DNA of 54,925 bases from Octopus bimaculoides (Eukaryota), in assembly GCF_001194135.2 (NCBI RefSeq), contig NC_068984.1, positions 7,095,623 to 7,150,547 on the forward strand, read 5' to 3'. The position numbers and the translations under genes are program-made. Below the pieces are notes generated by a model, which saw only the letters and a list, made by a program, of their open reading frames with translations, did no database searches and was not told where the DNA came from. Of the stretch, positions 12,891-24,805 are shown piece after piece; the first letter of the stretch is position 1; the number at the start of each line of letters is the position of its first letter.

Positions 12891-12935
12891 TATAATAACA
12901 ATAATAACAATAATAACAATGATAATAATAATATA
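12656..12935. repeat. Compound trinucleotide microsatellite (ACT)n-(GCT)n-(ACT)n-(GAT)n-(AAT)n
   Basis: Directly visible. Confidence 0.97.
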
Positions 12936-12969
12936 GCATGCCCAGCTGACAACATGTTTATGCGATAAG

Positions 12970-13060
12970 GAAGAAAGAAAAGTCGATAGATATGACAGGT
13001 TAGCTTGGGAGGTGAAGCAGTTGTGGTCGATGAAAAAGGTGGTAGTAGTACCAATGTTTG
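12970..13060 (+). mobile_element. Small R4/Dong-like endonuclease C-terminal fragment
   Basis: EERKVDRYDRLAWEVKQLWSMKKVVVVP matches the K..KY..L..E...LW......VP motif at the end of RLE domains. Confidence 0.6.
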
Positions 13061-13184
13061 TTGTAATTTAAAATGTCTTTGTCAATGTTGTTGCTATGTA
13101 GACTCGGCATTACCATTTTGATTGAGGAGGCCTACACTAAAGGCAGTCCAGCTGTGACCATCCATCTTCTAGGGGTATGTTTAA

Positions 13185-13505
13185 GGAGCACTCCGTCGGT
13201 TACGACGACGAAGGTCCCAGCTGATACGATCAACAGAATAGCTTGCTCGTGAAATTAATGTGCAAGTGGCTGAGCATTCCACAGACACGTGTACTCTTAA
13301 TGTAATTCTCAAGGAGATTCAGCGTGACACAGAATGTGACAAGACTGGCCCTTTGAAATAGAGGTACTATTTCTTTTGGTTAGCTGAGTGGACTGGAGAA
13401 ACGCGAAACAAAGTGTTTTGCTCAAGGACACAACTCGTCGCCGGGAATTGATCTCACGACCTTATGATCATGAGCCGAACACTCTAACGACTTAAGCCAT
13501 GCGCC
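13185..13505 (-). mobile_element. tRNA-derived SINE family C
   Basis: Minus-strand head GGCGCATGGCTTAAGTCG...GAGATCAATTCCC, then GTGTCCTTGAGCAAAACAC and TGTCACATTCTGTGTCACGCTGAATCTCC. Homologous to 37585-37910. Confidence 0.85.
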
Positions 13506-13854
13506 TTCACGAGGGATATGTAGAACTATATTATCCAGAACATCTTTTCCGATTTTTCAAATAGTTATGCGAGGTTTCTAGCGGGTCGAAAGACTTCACG
13601 TGCACTCCCACCTTCGATGGAGCAAAATGTTTATCAAGAGAGTCAGGAACTTTACAAATTTGCTCCAGACTGGACGTTGTTATTCATCTTAGCAAAGAAG
13701 TGTTTCATTGATGCTTGTAATGTACCAACAAAAAGCTGGAGACAAAAACTTAAAAGATCTTTATCGGCTTTGTGGCTAAGAAGGTCGCTCTGTAACCATC
13801 GGGCTGACCAATGGTCAGGCCGAGACGTAAACAAATCGGAACACTATCCAATAT

Positions 13855-13858
13855 ACAC

Positions 13859-13921
<63 letters not shown>

Positions 13922-14110
13922 CATGTTTGTCCTCCACCTCTGCTTGACAACTGATTTTGGTCTGTTTACGTCCGGTAAAAGAGACCAATGTAACAAGTAC
14001 CGGTTCGGCAAAAGAAACCAATGTAGCAGGTACCAAACCCCTACAAGGTGTTGCTCCAGTATGGCCACGGTCCAATTTCTGACACAAATAAAAGATGAAC
14101 GATAAAAGAT
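13855..14110 (+). mobile_element. SINE family B 3' half
   Basis: (TG)n, then GCTTGACAACTG...GTTTACGTCC...CCAGTATGGCCACGGTC...tail. Confidence 0.7.
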
Positions 14111-14496
14111 AGAAAATAATGGAACATTTTGGATTAAAATGAAAATTAACAGAATTTCAATAAGTGAAAATTCTTTTTGAGTTGGAATTAGGCATAATGG
14201 GATGTCGATAATAATAGTTATGAATTAATTAACTTAATAATTAAAAATTATAATTAGAAAATTTGAGATAGAAAACAGAAGTGTCTGTTTCTCTTTTCTG
14301 TCACAAACAACTGTTGATTACAAAGTATAATAATGTTTTATGCCAATAATAGTCTTCTGTGTTATAGAATATCGTGGCATTGTGGAGAGCAGAACGTACA
14401 TTTCCATATATAAAATGTATTTGAAACACTGGTAGCTGTGAATGTTTTGTGTGCCTGAGATATAGAAAACCATAGGTCAAATAGGAACACACAGAC

Positions 14497-14527
<31 letters not shown>

Positions 14528-14759
14528 TGTATGTATGTATGTATGTATGTATGTGTGTGTGTATCTATGTGCGTGTATGAGTGCTTGTATGTATGTATTT
14601 ATGTATAGCTACTCTCTTTTACTCTTTTACTTGTTTCAGTCATTTGACTGCGACCATGCTGGAGCACTGCCTTTAGTAATAGAACCCAGGACTTATCTTT
14701 TGTAAGCCTAGTACTTATTCTATCGGTCTCTTTTGCCGAAACGCTAAGTTACGAGGACG

Positions 14760-15266
14760 TATGTATGTATGTATATATGTATGTATGTATGTATGTATGC
14801 ATGTATGTATGTATGTATGTATGTATGCATGTATGTAAGAATGTATGTATGTACTTATCTTCTACATGGTAGCATGGTTCTGAAAGAAAGTATCTTGTTT
14901 TAATCATTATCCTTGAAATCCTAGGGTCTTGCAGATTTTTATAATCCCAGATATCATGACTATATACAGTGCATGAATTAAGGATCTGTGTTCTATCCCC
15001 AAGATCCCAAGTTCAGCCATAGCTTGCTCCAGAGGGGTTGGTATGTATCATCTCGTTCCAATAATAATAGGCATAAGGCAGTAAGTGCATCTTGGAGACT
15101 GCATTTGCAAGCATCTTTTCAAAGATCCGTAGATATTTTTTTCTCAATGTATGTCTCTATGTCATTATTCAGTTTATTTCAAAATTTCTTGCCAATAGAG
15201 AAAGAACCGGTTTCTAACCTAGATCCAAGGCTCCTTAATTGGGATTTCAACATCAAAAACAGGGTA
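14760..15266 (-). mobile_element. RLE-type LINE 3' fragments (C-terminal coding remnant plus a separate 3' tail copy)
   Basis: MPIIIGTR*YIPTPLEQAMAELGIL...ISGIIKICKTLGF followed by (CATA)n at ~14760-14855. Positions 15165-15266 match the 3' tail at 28856-28950. Confidence 0.7.
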
Positions 15267-16004
15267 TTTTTGTTTCTGTGATTCCATATACATGACGGCC
15301 TTCCATACACTTTCCATTCATCAAATTCATTCACAATGCATTGATTGGTCCGGGTTAATAGCAGAACATACTAGCCCATGGTGGTATTGGATCGGAAACC
15401 TTGTGGCTGCAAAACGAGCTCCTTGACCTCACAGACATGCATGCGCCTATATCAACCCTTTTTCTGTTGCAGTTCTGATATTGTATTGATATACAGCAAC
15501 ACAACATAACAGAATAATACAATGGCAGCTTCATCGCCATTTCTATGAAATTCCTTTCAATTTCAATCCAGTTCTGCCAAATGTCCATTCTTAAAGATGG
15601 AAATAAAATATGGAGATGTGATTCGAAATTCTACTCCTTTCTCTGTTGTTTATGATTTGGGTGTTTTGTCGTCAACATTCCACTCCATCTGGACTGTTTG
15701 TTCATAATGTTGGACGGTCTTGTATGGAAGATTACGAGGGAGTAAAAGAGAAAAATGGAAGGGGAGCGAGGAAGAGGGAGATGGAATGAAGATCGGTAAA
15801 AATGGCTAAAGAAAGCGGACTGGAATCTAAAAGCATCAAATGTGGCTGCTGTATGATTTAAGACCAATCTAATTATTAGATGGACAAATATTGTAAAGCA
15901 ATAGGCTCACAGGCAATGAGTATTCACAGAAGAAATGTGGAAATCAGTTGTCACAAAATGGCGAAGCTTGTACAGTGTTTGTAGAAAACCTTCTGTTTGT
16001 TTAG

Positions 16005-16052
<48 letters not shown>

Positions 16053-16593
16053 AGAAGGAGGGAGAAACCGGTCAACATGGGGCGTCCACTTAAATTACTT
16101 TTCATAACTTCTGTCAGTGTAAGAAGTTAAGTATACAACTCATAAACAATGTGAGTGCTTAAACGCGCAGACATATATACGAACGCGTGCACNNNNNNNN
16201 NNNNNNNNNNNNNNNNNNNNNNNNNNNNNNNNNNNNNNNNNNNNNNNNNNNNNNNNNNNNNNNNNNNNNNNNNNNNNNNNNNNNNNNNNNNNNNNNNNNN
16301 NNNNNNNNNNNNNNNNNNNNNNNNNNNNNNNNNNNNNNNNNNNNNNNNNNNNNNNNNNNNNNNNNNNNNNNNNNNNNNNNNNNNNNNNNNNNNNNNNNNN
16401 NNNNNNNNNNNNNNNNNNNNNNNNNNNNNNNNNNNNNNNNNNNNNNNNNNNNNNNNNNNNNNNNNNNNNNNNNNNNNNNNNNNNNNNNNNNNNNNNNNNN
16501 NNNNNNNNNNNNNNNNNNNNNNNNNNNNNNNNNNNNNNNNNNNNNNNNNNNNNNNNNNNNNNNNNNNNNNNNNNNNNNNNNNNNNNNNNNNNN

Positions 16594-16663
<70 letters not shown>

Positions 16664-17171
16664 ACACACACACACACACACACCCACATATACATGTATA
16701 AATATATACATATATTCATGTATATATATGTGTGGTTGTTTCAAATTAGGTCTAAATCATTTTATATTATCCGATGATAATGCTAAGGTCAACATCGTCT
16801 CTTCTATTTTATCGGAACATATTTACAAGGCCCGACACCCTATAAAGCTTACATGTATCAAACAAGAGTCTATGGTATGTTCCCATTGAATAGCCTTCTA
16901 TAATTACAATGCATATTCATAATAGACAGTACAGAGGTCTCATGTCTATGTAAATAAATATCGCAATGTATGGTTTATAACTACATACTCTATGTTACAA
17001 TGCAGCGAAGTTATATAGCATAACATTTCATAGAATGTTATTCTATGTTTATATCATTCAATTCTACCGAGCGTTTCATTCTATTATTTGTTAATATATC
17101 ACTGCATTGTATAACCTAATACACTATATATAAAGGGAGATACTACTTTACCATACTATAGAAATATTGGT

Positions 17172-17229
17172 AGGAGAGGCTGAAATATGGAAGGAGAGGC
17201 TGAAATATGGAAGGAGAGGCTGAACTATA
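17172..17229. repeat. 20-bp tandem repeat, about 3 copies (AGGAGAGGCTGAAATATGGA)
   Basis: Directly visible. Confidence 0.9.
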
Positions 17230-17426
17230 GTTTCATACTAAAATGCAGGCATAGCAGTGTGGTGAAGAAGCTCCCTTTTGCAACTGTGTGGTTTAGAGTT
17301 CAATATCACTGTGCGGACAGACCAATGCCCTTTCTGTAAAATTGATTGACAGAAACTGTGTGGAAGCCCAACGTATATACAGACACACTCAGACACACAC
17401 ACGCGCATATAATACATGCATACATA

Positions 17427-17481
<55 letters not shown>

Positions 17482-17572
17482 GTATATATATATATATATA
17501 TACATATACATACTTATATACATGTAAACATGCATATATATATACATATATATATGTATATATATATATAAT

Positions 17573-17810
17573 TATTTAATAAACAAAATACATGTTTTTA
17601 TGTGCTACTAACAGTTCTATGTTTGAGAACATGCCAAACAATGTTTTATAACGCATCTAACATCCTCTCATAGTCATCAGGCACAGTCCACATGGATGTG
17701 CCTGATGACTGTGCCGAGATTTCAGACGCGTTATAAACCATTATCTGGCATTTTCTTAGCACATGAAACTATTAACAACACATAAAAACATTATTTTTGT
17801 TTATTAAATA
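17573..17810. repeat. Long palindrome (~113 bp arms, 11 nt loop)
   Basis: 17573-17685 pairs with 17697-17810. The centre reads GTCATCAGGCACA-GTCCACATGGA-TGTGCCTGATGAC. Confidence 0.9.
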
Positions 17811-19216
17811 TGAGTTATCTCTCAGCAGATGGAGTCCTTTTTCTTTTGATCCTACCATCACGGAACAGGACATTATGTTTGTATGTGCGACTGTGTATGT
17901 GCATATATATGTATATATATATGTATGTGTGTATGTATGTATGTATGTATGCATGCATGCATGCATGTAGGTAGGTAGGTAGGTAGGTAGGTAGGTAGGT
18001 AGGTAGGCAGGCAGGCAGGCAGGCAAATAAGCAGGTAGGTGTATATACTTGCGTAGAACTTTACAGGTATAATTCTACGAACAAAATCAAAGTTACTCTA
18101 TTGAAGTTTACATGTTTTTATTCTCAATATGTTTGTTCTTTGTTTTTCGTCAAAATACTTAAAACATAACATGTCGCCCACCGTTAGGGAAATGTTTCAA
18201 AGACGCCTCTTTTGAATATGACGAATTTTTTTTATTCAACCGCATGGCTATTCGTAATACTAATGAATCGTTTCTGCTTCGGATATTTCTGAAGCGAAAT
18301 ATCTTGACTAAATATGTGGCCGGTTGTGACACACGCAATTGACAAAGCCCAACGGGTTCAAAGTGCGTGTTGTGTTCCCGCTTACTTCTGCCGGGACGAC
18401 GTCCGTCTCCATCCGATATATATATCAAAATGAACACAAATACAGTAAAACAAAGAAAAGAAATGAAAACACAAATCTTATCCTTCTTTTTCTTTTTTTG
18501 ATCACTCACAACCCAATGAACGACGATATTCAGAACGCCACTAAAAGATATCTCCCAGTTCTGTAACATACCCGTAAAATGAATGAATAATAACTAAATC
18601 ACCGACAACTTGTAGAAGAAACCAAGCATTAAAGAAAATATTTACAAAGGAAATGAAATAACGTGAGTTTCAAAACGTGGGGACATTCGTTGTGAGCACC
18701 TGAAGATTTTGAAGGGAGTGAGTAAATTATTTTTATAAAGAATTATTTAGAGTTAATACAAGAATAAATTATAAACCAAGGAATTTGATTTATTGTACCA
18801 CTGTGCCACTTGCCCACAATGCAAAGACTGGCGAAAATGGGGCATAATCATTTGACAGTGAAAGGGTATATAAACAAGGGATTAAGGAACTAGTTATTAG
18901 AAACACAACATGGAGTGAACTCTTTGGCAAACACAGCGAAAAAAGATTCCAAATATTTTAACATTTTAAGGTTTGGAGAGAAAATAAATTCTTTTGAAAG
19001 TACAAAAAGAGATATTTTATAAAAAAAACTCAAACCGAAACTCAATGAGAAATATTATTTGAAGTAACGAAATTAACATTAGATTGATTTCAACGTCACA
19101 CGACATCAACAAAACATTATTTGAAGGATGAAATTTACGATCATATCTATTTTTGTATACATATGTATGTTTCTACATACGAGTGTATGTATATGTATAT
19201 ACGTATGTGTAGACGA

Positions 19217-19270
<54 letters not shown>

Positions 19271-20584
19271 NNNNNNNNNNNNNNNNNNNNNNNNNNNNNN
19301 NNNNNNNNNNNNNNNNNNNNNNNNNNNNNNNNNNNNNNNNNNNNNNNNNNNNNNNNNNNNNNNNNNNNNNNNNNNNNNNNNNNNNNNNNNNNNNNNNNNN
19401 NNNNNNNNNNNNNNNNNNNNNNNNNNNNNNNNNNNNNNNNNNNNNNNNNNNNNNNNNNNNNNNNNNNNNNNNNNNNNNNNNNNNNNNNNNNNNNNNNNNN
19501 NNNNNNNNNNNNNNNNNNNNNNNNNNNNNNNNNNNNNNNNNNNNNNNNNNNNNNNNNNNNNNNNNNNNNNNNNNNNNNNNNNNNNNNNNNNNNNNNNNNN
19601 NNNNNNNNNNNNNNNNNNNNNNNNNNNNNNNNNNNNNNNNNNNNNNNNNNNNNNNNNNNNNNNNNNNNNNNNNNNNNNNNNNNNNNNNNNNNNNNNNNNN
19701 NNNNNNNNNNNNNNNNNNNNNNNNNNNNNNNNNNNNNNNNNNNNNNNNNNNNNNNNNNNNNNNNNNNNNNNNNNNNNNNNNNNNNNNNNNNNNNNNNNNN
19801 NNNNNNNNNNNNNNNNNNNNNNNNNNNNNNNNNNNNNNNNNNNNNNNNNNNNNNNNNNNNNNNNNNNNNNNNNNNNNNNNNNNNNNNNNNNNNNNNNNNN
19901 NNNNNNNNNNNNNNNNNNNNNNNNNNNNNNNNNNNNNNNNNNNNNNNNNNNNNNNNNNNNNNNNNNNNNNNNNNNNNNNNNNNNNNNNNNNNNNNNNNNN
20001 NNNNNNNNNNNNNNNNNNNNNNNNNNNNNNNNNNNNNNNNNNNNNNNNNNNNNNNNNNNNNNNNNNNNNNNNNNNNNNNNNNNNNNNNNNNNNNNNNNNN
20101 NNNNNNNNNNNNNNNNNNNNAAAATTATTAAGAATAAAAGGTTAAACTTTATATATATACAAAGTTTTGATTTTAAAAAAACTTTAACGATATTATATAC
20201 TATAAAGATTAATAATTAATCAAATAATATTAATCAAAAATAATCGAAAATATATCAACACTATTCCAATCGAAGTTCTAATATTATGTTGAAATGAAAC
20301 TATAACTTCTAAATAATATAATGTTAAATAAGTTATCTATTAAAATAATCTATAAAGAACCAAATGAATAGTATAAAAACAAGAATACATATGTGTGTGT
20401 GTTTGTGTGTGTGGGTGTATTAATATGCGTATGCTTGAGTTTATATGTGTATATGTGTGCCTACACGTCCGAGTCAGACTGTTAATGTATTTCGATTGTC
20501 CATTCTACAGTACATACACACGCTTGCATACATACATACATACATACATACATGCATATATATATATATATATATATATATCTT

Positions 20585-20635
<51 letters not shown>

Positions 20636-21382
20636 TATATATATATATCGAAAGTATGAGAGTTATTGGTGTCAAGAAGACCCAAAAGTGTCTAATAATG
20701 CTGAGCAAGAGCTATGGACAGACTATAGTTAAGCTCCAGGTTCGATAATGATGCGAATGAGGAGTCTAACGTAGTTTGTGTATTAATATGCATATATATG
20801 GAAATTAACAGATTGAGATTTAAAAAAATCCAAGGCTGTGAATAGTTTTCAGAACACCGAAATCACCTTTGTTTTCCATCCTTTCAGAGACGATAACAAG
20901 TTGCCAATCCAGAGCAGTGTATTGGAGGAACTGTAAGTACATCGGAACGGATGACTTACGACATTTGTAGTGGATATTTACGTCCTGATTTCAAATTGTA
21001 TCTTCTACCTCAAGTGTTAAGCTTACTCCGTTATCAGTATCCCACCTGGTATCTTCGGCACCTTTAGAAAAATTCCTGTTGGTAAAATATCACGAATAGG
21101 TTAAGTGGGAAAAGTTAGTCTCAACCGACTACGTAAGCAAGGAAAGTAAATTTGAACCCAGTAGGTATTGTGATAAATTAACACCGTGAGGAATTCTGAC
21201 AGTCTCATCAATTCTTTCACCAAACGCCAATTTGAAAGAGTCTATTAAATTCAACTGCGTTGATTTACATGTATGTATATTGGGTACGTATATACATTTA
21301 CACCTCTTATATATCAAAACAGGCATTGCCGCATACAAACACGCATACACTCACACACTTACATACACATATGTGTAGATAT

Positions 21383-21450
<68 letters not shown>

Positions 21451-22988
21451 GTGGGAGAGAGTAAGCAGCATTCTGAACATCTTTTATTCTTTTTCCAACC
21501 GATTGTCATTAATCTCGATGTTTTTGTCTATAGTTTTACTGACGTCTCTTTTCCTTGCTTTTTTAATGATTTCTTTCTTATTTATTACTCATCTCTTGTT
21601 TATTTATTTATTATTAATATTTTTTTTGCATATTTGAACTGACCAAGCTTGACCATAGTTTGTTGAACAGTAAACTAGCATCTACACTCCACAAGCACAA
21701 ACAAAATATACTACTTAGTTGCTTAAAACACAATGTGTCTTCTTCAAATGTCAGTTACGCTTGCATTCCTCAAAATTCTAAAACATTTAAACAGAAATAA
21801 TAGAAAAAAATAAATCAAAACTTTTAGTATAAAATAAACAAAGACCTAAAGACAATATGAAATATATAAATAAACATGTTTTATTATTTAAAAAAAATAC
21901 TTTCTCAACTTCATTCTTTTTTTTTTCACTGCCTTTTGCAATATTTCACATTCATTTTGATATTATTTTAAACTATATTTTCTATTTTACTCTGGACTTA
22001 CCAATTCCTTCACGGTGACTGCGGTGAAAACTCTCGAAGCATAAGAATCAATATTGTGTAAACACACAGTGAAATTTACAAAGATTTTTATAACTGATTT
22101 CTATAACTTTTTCGTTATTTCATTATTGTGGTATATAGTTATTTTATTTTTCAATAACATTAAAAAAAATAACAGGAATAAAAACAATAAATAACAGTAG
22201 TAAAATGAAAGAAAAATTATATATATTTATGTGAAGCGAAAAGAAATTCGAAATAAAAATATAACAAAAAAGAAAAAAACGAGTATTATATTAATAAGGA
22301 AGAATGATTTTTTAAAATACTGCTATTTGCTCGTATATAAGTTCTGGGCATAATTGTGTCGACATTGTATTAAAATTGCTTTTACAGTGGCTGTCCGTTT
22401 AGCAGTCTAAGCGCTCCCAAGTCTAATTTGATACCAATGCTATCGCTTGGAACCTAATGAAACGTTAAAATCAGGTTTAGTCTAGCGAATCTAACATTAT
22501 GTTTCAAAAATATCACATATACAGCTAGCTATTGGATTTCAGAATAATGTAAGTTTTAGCATGGAAGTATATAATTGAATTAACTCTTTGTCTTTCGTTG
22601 CTTCACTGATTTTTGTTGTTTATTTATTATTTAGATATTTTTCGATTTAGAATTTATTGTTTGTTTTGGTATATTATTTGTTTACTATTTATTTTTTTAA
22701 AACTAAGATGGTTACTGTCTGAAAAATAGGAACGCCTGTTATAATTTTGTGAACTTTAACACTTAAAGCTACTACAATATGTATGAAAAGTTCTATCAGA
22801 GACACTAATAATTTTGTACAAGTCTTCTACCAAGGGAAAATATTTCGTTATTTAACAAAGAACAATCAATGCGAGATATATCGATTATAGCACTATAGGG
22901 CATATAACAGTAGACATGTACTTATTGAACTAAACCTATTTCAATTTCCGGTTATAGGCAATTTAGTTCATTATTTATTTCTAATAAG

Positions 22989-23195
22989 ACGGAGAGCTGG
23001 CAGAACCGTTAACGCGTCTAGAATTTTGCGTAGTAGCATATTTTCCAACTTTACGTTCTAAGTTCAAATTCCGCCGAGGTCGACTTTGACTTTCACCTTT
23101 TCGGGGTCAATGAAATAAGTGGAAATTGTGCAGTGGGGTCGATGTAATTTATTTATCCTCTTCCTCGAAATTACTGGCCTTGTGCCTAGATTTGA
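22989..23195 (+). mobile_element. SINE family A, diverged
   Basis: GGAGAGCTGGCAGAACCGTT...AAGTTCAAATTCCGCCGAGGTCGAC...GGCCTTGTGCCTAG. Confidence 0.85.
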
Positions 23196-23209
23196 AACTA
23201 TGTTTTCTT

Positions 23210-23640
23210 TCTAATTTTGGCACAAAGCCAGGAGTTGTGAGGGGAGGGGCAAATGAATTACGTCGATCCAAGTACTTGATTGGTACTTTATTTTATTGAC
23301 TCCGAAAGGACGAGAGACAAAGTTGACCTCAGACGTATTTGAACGCAGAACATAAAGAACCGGAGGAAAAGCTGCTTAGCAGTTCGTCCGATGTGATAAA
23401 AATTTAGCCAGCTCGCTGCTTTGATGGCTTCTAATTTAGACCCGAGGCCTGAAATTTTGAGGGGAGGGGTTTGGTCAACACCAACAATCCCACTACTTGT
23501 CTATTATTCGCTCGACCCCGAAAGGATATAAAGCAAAGTTGCCCTGGGCTGGATTTAGACCCAAGAACATAAAACGATACAGCAAATATACCATTTTATA
23601 TTTTCAGCGATGCTCCAACGATTCTGCTAATCCACCGCTG
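23210..23640 (-). mobile_element. Two diverged SINE family A copies in tandem
   Basis: ~23210-23422 and ~23430-23640 align to the reverse complement of the family A consensus. Confidence 0.75.
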
Positions 23641-24042
23641 TTTCCATTTAAAAAGACAAAAACAGATTCAAACAATGAGCAATTGAAGGCGACTCAAACC
23701 TAAAGATAGAATTAATTGTTCTACCACAAACTGGAGATAGATTTATTGGTCTATCATGTAAAAAGTTCATTTCAATCTACAGATACTGACGTTTTGCCTG
23801 AATGACGCAACGCAAGTCTTCTCCCTTCTACTTCAGCTTTGACGGTGAAAGTACATTTCAATTGCAATAGTGCATCGCCTGTATTCCTTCGTGCGACTGC
23901 GTAGTTATTAGCCACTGAATTCATAAATTACATTCGTGATTACTAACACATATATTGCTTTTTTATATTCTGTTGTGTCTGGGGAGAGTCATTCTCTTTC
24001 GGTGCCTTATAATTTAACACACTCACCGGTAAAATATCCACT

Positions 24043-24162
24043 GATTTCTTTTTTATTTTCCTAAAATTTTCGTTGTGTCTTGCAACCTTTTCAATAGTTT
24101 TGACTCTCTATAGAAAAGCTTGTAAGACACAACAAAAATTTTAGAAAAATAAAAAAGAAATC
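24043..24162. repeat. Hairpin with 55-bp arms and 10-nt loop; right arm runs into an N gap
   Basis: 24043-24097 versus 24108-24162, reverse complement with few mismatches. Confidence 0.85.
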
Positions 24163-24698
24163 NNNNNNNNNNNNNNNNNNNNNNNNNNNNNNNNNNNNNN
24201 NNNNNNNNNNNNNNNNNNNNNNNNNNNNNNNNNNNNNNNNNNNNNNNNNNNNNNNNNNNNNNNNNNNNNNNNNNNNNNNNNNNNNNNNNNNNNNNNNNNN
24301 NNNNNNNNNNNNNNNNNNNNNNNNNNNNNNNNNNNNNNNNNNNNNNNNNNNNNNNNNNNNNNNNNNNNNNNNNNNNNNNNNNNNNNNNNNNNNNNNNNNN
24401 NNNNNNNNNNNNNNNNNNNNNNNNNNNNNNNNNNNNNNNNNNNNNNNNNNNNNNNNNNNNNNNNNNNNNNNNNNNNNNNNNNNNNNNNNNNNNNNNNNNN
24501 NNNNNNNNNNNNNNNNNNNNNNNNNNNNNNNNNNNNNNNNNNNNNNNNNNNNNNNNNNNNNNNNNNNNNNNNNNNNNNNNNNNNNNNNNNNNNNNNNNNN
24601 NNNNNNNNNNNNNNNNNNNNNNNNNNNNNNNNNNNNNNNNNNNNNNNNNNNNNNNNNNNNNNNNNNNNNNNNNATATATATATATACATATGTATACG

Positions 24699-24756
<58 letters not shown>

Positions 24757-24763
24757 CAACAAC

Positions 24764-24805
<42 letters not shown>

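Noticed and set aside
17697-17740. CTGATGA in the palindrome arm as an active hammerhead
   Set aside because: No GAAA follows in either arm and helix I cannot be closed. Kept only as a possible decayed relic.
18159-18569. 136-aa minus ORF with a KKKKK cluster and a hydrophobic stretch (type II membrane-like)
   Set aside because: Both features follow from A-rich and T-rich low-complexity DNA, and no domain is recognised.
20120-20390. Very AT-rich tract as a mitochondrial insertion (same idea for 36490-36780)
   Set aside because: No recognisable rRNA, tRNA or OXPHOS motif; composition alone is not evidence.
20870-20940. Plus-strand acceptor/donor pair (CCTTTCAG ... ACT|GTAAGT)
   Set aside because: The acceptor lies in a degenerate SINE family A body, and such pairs are common by chance.
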